Assembly (NCBI GenBank): GCA_951406725.2
Contig: OX597820.1
Span: forward strand, 79,484,001-79,548,000
Length of the DNA: 64,000 nucleotides
Source of the DNA: Octopus vulgaris
Lineage: Eukaryota
Reading direction: 5' to 3'
This document shows, in pieces, positions 12,490 to 24,807 of the stretch. The position numbers were made by a program, and so were the translations under genes. The notes beneath the pieces are model-generated. The model was not told the DNA's origin and searched no databases. It saw only the letters and a list, made by a program, of their open reading frames with translations. Each line of letters starts with the position of its first letter. Position 1 is the stretch's first letter.

Positions 12490-12709
12490 TTGGGGAAATT
12501 TCTAACCTGGGTTCTCATTCCTAAGGTATTTTTCAATGTTATTATTATTATTATTATTATTCAGGTCACACTATATGGCGTAGTGGTTAAGAGCGTGGGC
12601 TACTAACCTCAAGATTCCAAGTTCGATTCCGGGTAGTGACCTGAATAATAATAATAACAACATTGAAAAATACCTTAGGAATAGGAACCCAGGTTCGAAG
12701 TTTCCCCAA

Positions 12710-12755
12710 GACACCTGATGAAGGCTGGAGGGTATGTCAGCCGAAACATTGTGTT
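12710..12755 (+). ncRNA. Minimal type I hammerhead ribozyme motif
   Basis: GACAC-CTGATGA-A-GGCTG...CAGCC-GAAA-CATT-GTGTT; core intact, stem III palindrome altered (CGTT>CATT). Confidence 0.65.
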
Positions 12756-14079
12756 AAAAACAAACAAGATGTAGACAAATATCCATCAAATGTAAATAAA
12801 GTACATAATTCCTCATCTCTTAAATATAGAACTGTGGTTGTATGTATTTGTGTATATATATATATATCATGCTTTCACTAGTTGTTGTGGGTGCTTATGT
12901 CAATTGTGACCAGATATTGAGATAGAGATTGTCTTGAACGTCTCATCCTTGGTTCAACAGAATCCAATAACAGCTGGAAAAGTAGGGCAGGGCTCTGCAC
13001 CAACACTTGACTGGTACACATTTCCAACTGAGTAGACTGGATTGACATGTAATGAAGTGTCTTGCTCAAGGGTGCAATGCACTGCCAAGTCCAGTTGGTT
13101 CTACTATAGAGTGTCCCCTTTCTTAGCTGGAGGTCACATTGATTTCGTCACGTTCTCGCAACAGCTTGATGACATTCTTATGTAATTATCTTGTTATCTA
13201 ACGAAATATTGATCAGTGACTTTCAGTTGCAAAACATCCAGAAATTTGCAACATTGGCAACAAATTACAAATGTATTGATTTTTTTTCTTCTAAATTTGC
13301 ACAAGAGTAAAATATTTGTTATAAATTTCAGAGAGATCTATTCAGATTGGGCGTGATTTTATTTGTGCTTGTTTCTAAGCTGTAAAATAAATTAAATTTC
13401 TTTATATATTAGTATCAGATGAGTGATATTTAGTCAAAGACCTTAATCTATTTATAGAATTTGAAGCACATGGTAGAATAACTGTACATTGTATTGAGGG
13501 AATGATATTTTCCTTTTCTCAACAACCAATTGTTTATTACTCAGTAAATGAATTGCAGGGCAAAAATGTATGAACTTGAATATTTCAAGCAAAATAATTC
13601 TTTCACATATGGAAACAACCATCCAGTTCCTTGCCCTTTTTTTCATTCTCCATGAAATCATCACCATCATTTAACGTCCGTTTTCCATTCCATGCTGGCA
13701 TGGGTGGAATGGTTTGACTGAAAACTGTTCAGCTGGGGAACTGCACCAGGTTCCAATCTGATTTGGCATGGTTTCTACTGCTGGATGCCCTTCCTAACAC
13801 CTGAGTGTAGTGGGTGCTTTTCACATGCTGTTTACGAAACACCAGCATCAGCCATGACTACAATTTCACTTGGCTTAACAGGTCTTCTCGAGCACAGCAT
13901 ATTGCCATAGATCTCCATCACTTGTCACGGCCTCCATGAAGATGCTGCACAGTGGACTAAAACCAAAACTACACATAGCTGCAAAGTGAGCTTTTTAACC
14001 ATGCAGCCATCATCATCATCATCATCATTATTATTATTATTATTACTACTATGACGACGATGAAGAAGAAGAAGAAGAA

Positions 14080-14940
14080 GAAGGTGGCGGTGGCAGCAAG
14101 CTGGCTGAATTATTAGCATGCTGTGCAAAATGTTTAGCAGCATTTCATCTGTCTTTGTGTTCTCAGTTTAAATCCTGGCAAGGCCATCTTCACCTTTCAT
14201 CCTTTTCGGGATGATGTAATAAGTACCAGTTGAATGTTGGGGGTCGATGTAATCAACTAGCCCCTTTCCCCCCCAAATTCCAAGCCTTGTGCTTATAGTA
14301 AAAAGAATTATTATTATTCATCATCATCATCATCATCATCATCATCGTTTAGCGTCCGCTTTCCATGCTAGCATGGGTTGGACGGGTCAACTGGGGTCTG
14401 TGAAGCTGGAAGGCTTCGTCAGGCCCAGTCAGATCTGGCAGTGTTTCTACGGCTGGATGCCCTTCCTAACGCCAACCACTCCGCGAGTGTAGTGGGTGTA
14501 TGGTGAACTAGCAGAATCATGCAGCTGATTTTGCCTTTTATCCTTTAGGGGTTGATTTCAAAAATTATTATTATTATTATTATTATTATTAGGGCAGTGA
14601 GCTGGCAGAATCATTAGCACACCAGACAAAATGCTCACAAAATCAAGACAATGTAATCAAATTAACCCATCCCTCAAACCTACTGGCCTTGTGCTAAAAT
14701 TTGAAACCATTATTATTATTATCATCATTAAGGCAGCGAGCTGGTAGAATTGTTTGCACGCTGGTATTTCATCTGTCGTTACATTCTGAGTTCAAATTCC
14801 GCCGAGGTCAACTTTGCCTTTCATTCTTTTGGGTTTGATAAAATAAGTACCAGTTGTGTACTAGGGTTGATCTAATCAACCATCCCCTCCCCTAAATGTC
14901 AGGCCTTGTGCCTAAAGTAGAACGGATCTTTACTATTTTT
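14080..14940 (+). mobile_element. Cluster of family C SINEs (Deu/Nin-like central domain) with a nested RTE 3' end (about 14318-14499, minus strand)
   Basis: Repeated heads ggcagcgagctggcagaat, central ttgcctttcatcctttcggggtcgataaaataagtaccag-like block and (ATT)n tails. Confidence 0.75.
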
Positions 14941-16038
14941 ATTATTATGTGCTAGTTCCTATTTCGTAGTTTTTCGCATTCTAATGTTCATTGTGCCTTC
15001 TCTTGTTCTTTGAGTGATGCCTAAATATGGAACCAATATTTTATAGTTGGATGTTCCACTTTATGCTAACAGTATAAATGTAAATCTGAATGGAACTAAT
15101 TTCCAACTAGGTCGTTGGAGCTGCACACACTGTGATCAGATAAAGACATACTGCAATAATAATACCATAATTTCACTCTGCAACTGTTCAGTGTGTATGT
15201 ATCATAACAACTTAACCATCACATTTCACTATTGTAATTTTGTGTTGATTGAAGAGCGCGTGTTTATATGTTGCTCAAAAACACTAAAACCAGTGAAAGC
15301 AAACAAACAAAGAGCTTTTATTAGTCCGTGTAATAAAGTATTTTGTCTTGACAATTGAGAAACAATGGCTGTAAGAGTAAAGTGCTAATTGGCTAAGCAC
15401 ATTGCTCATACTTTAAAGTCTTGATACAATTATTGTTTTATGTTCCTGAATAAAAACAACCAAGAAAAAAAAGAAGGAAATTGTTTGCTTATGCCACAAC
15501 ATATATCAGGTCTACTTTATTGTTGAATTGTTTGTGAGGAAGAGGTGAGGGAGAACATCTAAATGGTTGTTCCATCAGCATACTAAACAATGTCCATTTA
15601 ACAAATGTCTGAGATAAGCTGTAGATCTGGAATATCTCTTGGTTTCTTTTCGGATGGAGCCTGTATTTCGTAATAACACTAATTCTATTGTCTATCTCTT
15701 CACCAGCATTTCAGAGAGCAAATCCTAAATCTTCACAAAACGTATTCACAGCTAAGATAGGCTTAAGTAATCGTTAAATTTCTTTTATTCTTTTACTTGT
15801 TTGTCATTTGCTTGTGGCCATGCTGGAGTACCATCTTAATGGTTAAGTTTCTTTACTAAAGTACACAACTTGGTGCTTGTGACTGCATAGAGGACATTGG
15901 CGAACTGATTAGCTTTAACTTTAATAATACCAACATAATCGTTCTTGATATAATCCTTACAGCATACAGTATTTGATGGCAATAAAAGACATCTGGGCAT
16001 ATTAGACCCATCCCAATTTCAATAAACTTTTTAGTGCA

Positions 16039-16257
16039 TTAACCCTTTAGAAATTAAACCAACCACATCCGGCCCAAGTATTCTCCCTACTCCCTCTTCA
16101 AACCGGCCAGATCATACAATGTCATTCTCAAAATAAACAATCACGTAATCAAAATCTTGAAGCTGTGAGATAATGCATGATTAATTTAAAACAATGTGAA
16201 TGTATAAGAATTGCACTTGAGAGAGAGAGAGAATAATCTGAATGCTTAAAGGGTGAA
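16039..16257 (-). mobile_element. piggyBac-like MITE copy
   Basis: TTAACCCTTTAG...ATGCTTAAAGGG; body is the reverse complement of the 10212 and 4133 copies. Confidence 0.7.
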
Positions 16258-16631
16258 AGTGTGTAATATTTAAAGTAATCAAGCAACACATTACAAAATG
16301 TTGCAAAAATACCTTAGCAACAGAAGAAAATATGACTGTTTCTTAAAAGTAAGTTAGGAGTAGAGTTGAACATAAGGCAAGTGATCTCCATAGTGAAAAT
16401 ATCTTATATGATAACAGTAATAAGACATGTCAAAAAAGAAAAACAAAACAAAAAGCAGATGATAACATTTTATAAAAAGCAAACTTCCATTATAGATGAA
16501 CATAAACCAAATCACAATAACGAAAAAACTTTAAAAGCCAGAAAGTTCTTCATCATTGAATCTTATAAACTCACCATCCCTATTGCTGGTGTCATATCAC
16601 TGTCTTCTAATAATATCACTGTCTTCTAATA

Positions 16632-16846
16632 ATCCTTTCTACTATAGGCACAAGGCCTGAAATTTGGGGGTAGGGCACCTGTTGATGAGATCGACTCCAG
16701 TACACAACTGTTAGTTAATTTATCGGCCCCGAAAGGATGAAAGGCAAAGTCGACCTTGGTGGAATTTGAACGCAGATTGTAGCAATGGGCGAAATATCGC
16801 TAAGTATTTCATCCAGCATGCTAATGATTCTGCCAGTTTACCGTTT
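16632..16846 (-). mobile_element. Family C SINE with TSD-like flanks
   Basis: Full minus-strand copy flanked by actgtcttctaataat and actgtcttcaaataat. Confidence 0.8.
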
Positions 16847-18018
16847 TACTGTCTTCAAATAATGCATTCCTCTTTGGTGCCATGAAGAGCATTGCTTGAG
16901 TCTATCTAATTGTAATGCATCAGCTGGCACTGGTGAGCATTGCCAATCCATTGTTATGGTACATACTTTTACAATACAAGGAAAACTAATAATGTATAAG
17001 TAGATATATTGTTATTATGGTGTCAGTTGTGAGTTCAAATTCTGCTGAGGTCAACTTTGCTTTTCATCCTTTCAGGGTCATTAAATTAAGCACCAGTTGT
17101 GTACAGGGGTCGATCTAAGTGACTGCACCCCCTCCCAAATTTCAGGCCTTGTACCTATAGTAGAAAGGATTATTATGGTGTCAGTTTGGTGAGGTAGAAG
17201 GGAAACTCTGGGTTACAATTAGCCTACACTAGTGAACATCTAGGACAAAATTAGCTTGTGGGAGGGCCCAATTTTGAATATAGAATCCAGGATACTTGGA
17301 GACATTTTATTAAAAGGTGAAGTGAATCAGATAAGCACAGACATAGTTGTGTCATGAGAAGTTTGCTTCCCAACTATGTGGTTGCAGGTTCAGCCCTATT
17401 GCGTAGCAGCATGGTGGGGTGGGGGGGCTCTTATAATGTAACCTTGAGCTGACCAAAGCGTTGTGAGTGGGTTCGTTAGATGGAAACTGAAAGAAGCCTA
17501 TTGTGTGTGTGTGTGTGTCTTTGTGCTTGTGTTCCCCCACCCAACTTGACAACTGTGTCTCTGCAATGTAGCAGTTTGGCAAAAGTGACTGATAGAATAA
17601 ATGTCAGACTTAAAGAATGATATGTGGGTTGATATGTCTGACTAAAATTCTTCAAGGTGGTGCCCCAGCATGGCCATAGTTTAATGACTGAAACAAAGTA
17701 TGAAAGGTAAATGGTCTCATATGCCATCAAATATGGTTTCTCATCAGAAGCAATGGTTAGGACTTAACAATTTAATCAAATGATTTGCAAATTTTGAATT
17801 AAATCTATTCTTGATAAAATGTTGAAATGTTGATTTATGCATCTACTTAATGAGACATTTTAGTCCTATTGAAAAGGGCGTGATATATACTGAATGCATC
17901 GTTAGTTATGGAAATCAACAAACTGACATTTCCAGCTGTTGCATTAAATGAAGAAGTTTTGGAACAGAGTAATGTCTCACTGCCCTTTAACCAAACAGTT
18001 TAAGCCTAAATTCAAATT

Positions 18019-18378
18019 CTTTTATTCTTTTACTTGTTTCAGTCATTTAGACTGAGGCCATGCTGGAGCACCGCCTTTAGTCGAGTAAATCGACCCCAGG
18101 ACTTATTCTTTTGCCGAACCACTAAGTTACGGGGATGTAAACACACCAGCATCGGTTGTCAAGCAATGTTGGACACACACACACACACACATATATGCAT
18201 ACATACGATGGGCTTCTTTCAATTTCCATCTACCAAATCCCCTCACCCCCCTCACAAGGCTTTGGTTGGCCTGAGGCTATAGTAGTAGACACTTGCCCAA
18301 GGTGCCATGCAGTGGGACTGAACCCGGAACCATGTGGTTGGTGAGGAAGCTACTTACCACACAGTCGCTCCTGTGCCT
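18019..18378 (-). mobile_element. Family A SINE
   Basis: Reverse complement of the family A consensus with central (CA)n. Further copies at about 17345-17705(+), 20078-20440(+), 22878-23243(-), 27890-28242(+), 32604-32950(-), 43105-43502(-), 53960-54250(+) and 59695-60035(+). Confidence 0.85.
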
Positions 18379-18620
18379 AATCAAAATCAACGTCAATCAT
18401 CCAAGAGTTGAAACTGTGGAATAAATTTTACACTCTTGGCCAAAAGTGAGCTCTAACCTTTCAAACTGACCCTTTCCTCAAAGAGTGATGAAATGTTGGT
18501 GTTGGTCGAATAATACATTTTAAGCTTGGTTAAATGAAGACCTGTATTTAACACCCACATGCGCAGCTATGTTGCCCAAGCTTTGATCATATAGGGTCTG
18601 TTCAATTTGTGTTAGGATTT

Positions 18621-18990
18621 CATCATTATCATCATCGTTTAACATCTGTTTTCCATGCTGGCATGGGTTGGACAGTTCAACTGGGGTCTGGGAAGCCAGG
18701 AGGCTGCACCAGGCCCCAATTTGATCTGGCAGTGTTTTTACAGCTGGATGCCCTTCTTAATGCCAACCACTCCGTGAGTGTAGTGGGTGCTTTTACGTGC
18801 CACCGGCACAGGGGCCAGAGGAGTCGGCATCAACCAAGATTGGATGGTGCTATTTACGTGCCACCAGCATTGAAGTCAGTCAAAGTGGCACTGGCATCGG
18901 CCATGTTCAGATGGTGCTTTTTACGTGCTACCAGCACGGGGTCACAACTACAATTTCCATTTGATTTGATTTTGATATTGCTGTTGATGT
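18621..18990 (-). mobile_element. RTE LINE 3' UTR (family B)
   Basis: Nearly colinear with 9393-9770. Further copies at about 27468-27700, 37133-37330 and 42548-42925 (minus), and 58010-58472 (plus). Confidence 0.8.
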
Positions 18991-19196
18991 TGATTCTTGA
19001 AGTTAAATCAATACCAATCAAAATATTTTGTTGGGTAGAATTATAAAAGATTTTTCAGTTTAGAATCTGTGTACAAAATAATTATATTCAACTCTCCTAG
19101 CTTATATAATCAAATTCAGTTGGAACCTGAAAGTTCACTGGTATAGCTGTTATGGATTGAAATTAATCAAATATTGTACAAATATAATCATTTCTG

Positions 19197-19460
19197 TTGT
19201 TAACTGTTGTGGGTGTTTCCACCCGTAACATGGAGGAGAGAAAGACGAACAAAAACAGGAGCCAGACCAGTTGCTATCTGTTTGTGCTGGTTGCCACCAA
19301 GACTTCAGAAGTTCTTGGACCCTGCACTGCTAATTTCCTCTGCAAAATCAGAATAACTGTTGCCTGTCTAAGAAACGAACCCCATGAGGTGGGGTGGCTG
19401 TTGCAGTGAGTATTGCTGGCCATTCTCCATGGCAACACTTTTGCAGTCATGTTTGTGAGG
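19197..19460 (+). pseudogene. Degenerate restriction-like endonuclease C-terminus of a CRE-like non-LTR retrotransposon
   Basis: EERKTNKN...YLFVLVATKTSEVLGP...EPHEVGWLLQ*VLLAILHGNTFAV resembles the recalled RLE-end motif ExxKxxKY...FVPxAVETSGVxGP...EPRExxWLxQRxSxAIxRGN; in-frame stop. Confidence 0.6.
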
Positions 19461-19575
19461 CGTGGCCAAACACTCCATTTGTTTTGGGGTGGACAACCCA
19501 TTACTCCTTTCCCACCCCCGTCTTCTGCTGCTTAATCGCCCCCCTTTTTTCTTTGTTTCCTTGGTTATGGGTTTT

Positions 19576-19629
19576 TTTTTTTGATAATTTCATCTTTTAT
19601 ACTTTTTTTGATAATTTCATCTTTTATAC
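19576..19629. repeat. 27-bp tandem duplication
   Basis: tttttttgataatttcatcttttatac x2. Confidence 0.85.
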
Positions 19630-21104
19630 TTTTGACATTTTTTACTTTCTTTCTCCTTGTAAAAATATGTTGTTAATAAAGAAATTTTTAATTGTTTCAA
19701 ACTGACCCTATTTTGTGACTAATTTTGAAAATCAGAGAGAAAATGGACAGATTTAATGCTTAATTAGTTAATTTACAAAGGGAAACTTATAATTCTTTGG
19801 AACCAATAAACAAAACTACTCAGAAAATGGGATCATAAAGCCCTGTTGTAAATCTTGTGGAGATTTCATGTATGAAAATGGAGGGAGTAGAAAGTAGACC
19901 CCTTTGGAAAATGTTTTCCCTACAATGAGTGTTTAGGTAAAGTAAAGCATTTTCCTAGCATGACTTATGATTAAAGGAGTTGGATTAGTTGAGGTAGTTT
20001 CATAGAAAATTCCAAGATTTTTCTACCAATATGAGATAGTTTAAAATTTCATCCTTATCATCATCAACAACAACGGTCTGGCTCTGTGTTAAGAAGCTTC
20101 CTTGCCAACCACATAATTCTGGGTTCAGTCCCACTGTGTGGCACCTTGGACAAGTGTCTTCTACTATAGCAGATGGAAACTGAAGGAAGCCTATTGTCTG
20201 TGTGAATGTACACACACATACACACACACATGTACCTTTGTTTGTCCCCCACCACTGTCTGACAACTGCTGTTGGTGTATTTATATCTTTGTAACTTAGC
20301 AGTTTGGTCAAAGAAATTGATAGAATAAGTACTAGGCTTTAAAAACAAAAAAAACTACTGGGGTTGATTCATTCAACAAAAAATTCTTCAAAGTGATGCC
20401 CCAGCATGGCCGCAGTCTAATGACTGAAACAAGTAAAAGAAAAACGCTTAACTGATGAAAGAAAAATCCATAAAACACACACACACACAACAAAAGTAGC
20501 TTTGCAGAATATCTCCAGTATTTTTCCTAGCAAAATGAGGATAGAATCTTTTAAATGTCATCGCCAATTGAATGTAAAATATTTTCATAGCAGCGTCACT
20601 TTCTCAGGTAACATTTAAATACATTTCGTTTTCTCTTTCAATTGTAAACGCTCTGAATACTTTGTAAGATTCTTGAAAGATATTTCAAGTTGAATTAGTG
20701 AGTTGATAGAATATTTACACCATGTCAAATTGAAAGAATATACTTTAAACCTGGTAAGCCATTAACTCTCATGTAGCACGTTACTTTTGATTATCTTGTT
20801 GGTTTGCAAAATTAAAACTGAAAATTTAGAGTTGATACTCTAAACTTGCAAAGTATTCTATAATCCATAATAAATAGGCTTTAAGCCATTTCTAGGTTTC
20901 TTTTTGCCTGGTTCTTTTAATTGGTCTGCAGCCATGTTGGGCCACCACTTTGAAGGGATTTAGTTGACAAAAGATTGGCTCCAGTAATTGTTTTTAAGTC
21001 TAGTACTTATTCTGTCAATCTTTTCTGCTTAGCCACTAAGTTATAGGGTTGTAAACAAGCCAACACCAGTTGCCAAGTGGTTGGATGTGGGCAAACACAA
21101 AATA

Positions 21105-21225
21105 CACACACACTCTCTCACACTCACACACTCTCTCACACTCACACACTCTCTCACACTCACACACTCTCTCACACTCACACACTCTCTCACACTCACA
21201 CACTCTCTCACACTCACACACTCTC
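21105..21225. repeat. 18-bp compound microsatellite (CACACACTCTCTCACACT) x about 6
   Basis: Directly visible; occupies the microsatellite slot of a degraded family A SINE. Confidence 0.9.
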
Positions 21226-21332
21226 TCTCTCTCTCTCACATACACACACACACACCTGTTTAGGGACGACTGTTGGAAGAAAGAGTACTCAGCGCCATAG
21301 CATAGATTAATAATGTTTTTACCTTATCTCAT

Positions 21333-21547
21333 TCTTTTCTACTTTAGGCACAAGGCCCAAAATTTTGGGGAAAGGGGCCAGTCGATTAGATCGACCCCAG
21401 TATGCAACTGATACTTAATTTATCGATCCCGAAAGGATGAAAGGCAAAGTCAACCCTGGCGGAATTTGAACTCAGAATGTAAAGACAGGCAAAACACTGC
21501 TAAGCACTTTTGCTAGGGTGCTAACGTTTCTGCCAGCTCTCCGCCTT
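21333..21547 (-). mobile_element. Family C SINE
   Basis: Reverse complement of the family C consensus. Further copies at about 3770-4128, 17028-17175, 35868-36000, 42330-42542, 57775-57995 and 61240-61430. Confidence 0.8.
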
Positions 21548-22221
21548 TATCTCATTCTGGTGCATGCACACACACACAAACAAACAGACACATGATGATG
21601 GGATTCCACACAGTTTTCATCTACCAAATTCACTCGCAAAGCATTGGCTGGCTTGATGCTATAGTAGCGAGCACTTATCCCAAAGTGCTGTGCAGTGGGA
21701 CTGAACTGAAAACCATATAGCTGCAAAGCAAGGGTAAAAGCATGCTTAAAAAATATCAATATTTAAAAAGGATTTTTTTTTTCCATATCAGCTGGTGGTG
21801 ATGATGGGGATTCTTTCTTTGTTCATCTAAGGAGATTTTTGTTTCTTGTCAGATGGTGCTAAGTTTCTGAATACCTCAAGGAGGTAGTAATTAGGAAATT
21901 AACATAAAAAGCTTTGCAAAATAATTTGTGTATAGCCTACAGCGACACACAAAGATTTTTAAGTTGTATTTTCTAATGTTGAAATAATTATAAAATATAT
22001 AGACTTAATGCTGGTTACTCTGGCTGCTTCCCTCCTCTTCTGACTGTATACTAACAATTATATGCAGACACTGATTGTCTCCTGCATATCTTTTGTGTCT
22101 GTGTCTGCATTCAGTTTAAAAGACATAAATTTGGTCTGTGTTCATCCTCAAAATCAATCTTCAAAAAAGAATATGTGCATGCATATGTATGTATGTATGT
22201 ATGTATGTCTCTCTTTCTCTT

Positions 22222-22428
22222 TTCTCTTTTACTTGTTTCAGTCATTTGACTGTGGCCATGCTGGAGCACAGCCTTTTAGTCAAGCAAATCGACCCCAGGA
22301 CTTATTCTTTGTAAGCCTAGTACTTATTCTATCGGCCTCTTTTGCCGAACTGCTAAGTAACGGGGACGTAAACACACCAGCATCGGTTGTCAAGCGATGT
22401 TGGGGGGACAAACACAGACACACAAACG

Positions 22429-22475
<47 letters not shown>

Positions 22476-22845
22476 GGAGGCGCAATGGCCTAGTGGTTAG
22501 GGCAGTGGACTCGCGGTCGTAGGATCGCGGTTTCGATTCCCAGACCAGGCGTTGTGAGTGTTTATTGAGCTAAAACACCTAAAACCTCGACGAGGCTCCG
22601 GCAGGGGGTGGTGATCCCTGCTGTACTCTTTCACCACTCTTTCTCCTGTTGGCCTGCTCGCTTAGCCAGCGGGGTGGCGTCATTCGAAGGCTAAAACAAT
22701 GCGAACGCATTGTGACCAGCGATGTGTAACTACATCTGATGGACTGGTCGGTCACGTGATCACGTGATATATATATATACAACAGGCTTCTTTCAGTTTC
22801 CGTCTACCAAATACACTCACAAGGCTTTGGTCGACCCGAGGCTAT
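22222..22845 (-). mobile_element. Family A SINE hosting a nested younger SINE
   Basis: Tail at 22222-22440; body resumes at 22780 after the (TA)n-flanked insert. Confidence 0.8.
22476..22768 (+). mobile_element. Young CpG-rich tRNA-derived SINE, the only copy in the window
   Basis: A box TGGCCTAGTGG and B box GTTTCGATTCC; ends in GTCACGTGATCACGTGAT; flanked by (TA)n on both sides. Confidence 0.85.
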
Positions 22846-24320
22846 GTAGGTATGCATGTATGTGTGTATGTATGTATTATTTTACTTGTTTCAGTCATTT
22901 GACTTCAACCATGCTGGAGCACTGCTTTTAATCAAACAAATCAACCCCAGCAGTTATTCTTTGTAAGTTTAGCGCTTATTCTATTGTCACCTTTGCCGAA
23001 CGACTAAGTTAGGGGGACGTAAGCACACCAACATCAGTGTCAAGCGATGGTGGAATGGTGGGGGCACACACACACACACACACATACATACATGCATACA
23101 CACACACAATGGGCTTCCTTCAGTTTCCATCTACCAAATCCACTCACGAGGCTATGGTCGGCATTGGCCCTGGGTGCCACACAGTGGTACTGGACCTGGA
23201 ACCATGTGGTTGGGAAGCAAGCTTACCACACAGCCGTCCTGCGCTTATATATATATGTATATGCACACATACACAAAATTATACATTTAACTATGGAATA
23301 AATAAGTTAGCTTTTAACTTTATTGTTTTGGTTTTGTTGCTGCTTTCAGTTCTCCTTACTCTCTGACTGGTTTTAGTCATAGGTGCAGTTGTGGGTGTGT
23401 GGTCAAGAAGTTTGCTTCCCAACAACATAGCTTCAGGTTCAGTCCTACAATGTGGCACTTCGAGCAAGTGTCTTCTTCTGTAGCTCTGGGTCAAACAAAG
23501 CCGTTGTGTGAATTTGGAACATGGAAACTGAAAGAAGTAGCAGGATTTATGTGATAAACAAAGGCACATAAACATATTTAAATCAGCTATTAGTGACATG
23601 CAGTGTTTTTGCCAAATATTACTTAGCACATCCAGCCTAACTTGGATGTGTTAATTTATATGCATATACATACATACATGCATGCATGCATACATACATA
23701 CATACATATATATGTGCCGGTGACATGTAAAAACCACCATTTGAGCATGGCCATTGCCAGTGCTGCTTGACTGGCTCCTGTGCTGGTGGCACAGCCACCT
23801 GGCTTGCCAGTCCCCAGTCAAACTGTCCAACCCATTATAGCATGGACATCAGGTGTTAATTGATGATGATGATGATGATAATATATGATGGGTTTCCACC
23901 CAGTTTCTTCTTACCAAATCTACTCACAAATCATTGGTTATTCCCCAGGCTGTAGTAGAATATATTTGTCCAAGGTGCTGTGCAATGGGACTGAACTTGA
24001 AATCATGTGGTTGGAAAGCAAGCACAGCAATGCCAATTCATTCAAAATGTAGTTGTTTCTCATTTGTTAATACGTTTCTGATTTTGTTTTTATTTTGCTA
24101 ATTAGAAGATTAAGAATAATGATTAAGAACATGATTGCTTTGTTGGTTTACTTAAAAAGGATTTTAAAAGTTAGACATAACTGACTGAAATTGAATCCAC
24201 AGGGTTTAAGCCTCGTAAATAATAATATAAATAATAAGATAAACATTTTGTTTGGTTTTTGCCCTTGTTGCTTAGAGGTTTGGCAGAAGCAACCAGCAGA
24301 AAGAGTACTGGGGTTGATTT

Positions 24321-24807
24321 ACAGTTCTATATTTAAGAGATGAGGAATTATGTACATTATTTACATTATTTACATTTGACAGATATTTGTCCTCATCTTG
24401 TTTTTAACACAACATTTCGGCTGATATACCTTCCAGCCTTCATCAGGTGTTTTGGGGAAATTTTGAACCTGGGTTCTCATTCCTAAGGTATTTTTCAATG
24501 TTATTATTATTATTATTATTATTATTCGGGTCACTGCCTGGATTTGAACTCAGAATCTTGGGGTTAGCCCGCGCTTTTAACCACTTTGCCATATGCCCAT
24601 GGCTACTAGCTCCAAGATTCTGAGTTCGATTCCAGGCAGCAACCTGAATAATAATAATAATAATAATAATATCGAGAAATACCTTAGGAATGAGAACCTA
24701 GGTTTGAAATTTCCCCAAGACGCCTGAAGAAGGCTGGAGGGTAAATCAGCCAAAACGTGTTAACAACAAACAAGATGAGGACAAATATCTGTCAAATGTA
24801 AATAATG
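24321..24807 (-). mobile_element. tRNA-headed hammerhead element, head-to-head inverted dimer with 12-bp TSD
   Basis: Full minus copy about 24321-24598; 5'-truncated plus copy 24601-24807; TGGGGTTGATTT at 24309-24320 and 24808-24819. Confidence 0.88.
24406..24451 (-). ncRNA. Minimal type I hammerhead ribozyme motif
   Basis: Minus strand reads AACAC-CTGATGA-A-GGCTGG...TCAGCC-GAAA-TGTT-GTGTT. Confidence 0.65.

Larger units (their letters stand above)
12396..12834 (+). mobile_element. tRNA-headed hammerhead element, inverted dimer: partial minus arm about 12396-12569, full plus copy about 12573-12834
   Basis: A box TGGCGTAGTGG 12576-12586, B box GTTCGATTCC 12621-12630, (AAT)n, hammerhead, tail ...cctcatctcttaaatatagaactg. 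Left arm is the reverse complement of the body. Confidence 0.85.

Noticed and set aside
12573-12642. Possible tRNA gene (also 22476-22550)
   Set aside because: Acceptor and anticodon stems pair poorly, there is no poly-T terminator, and the sequence runs into a repeat body; these are SINE heads.
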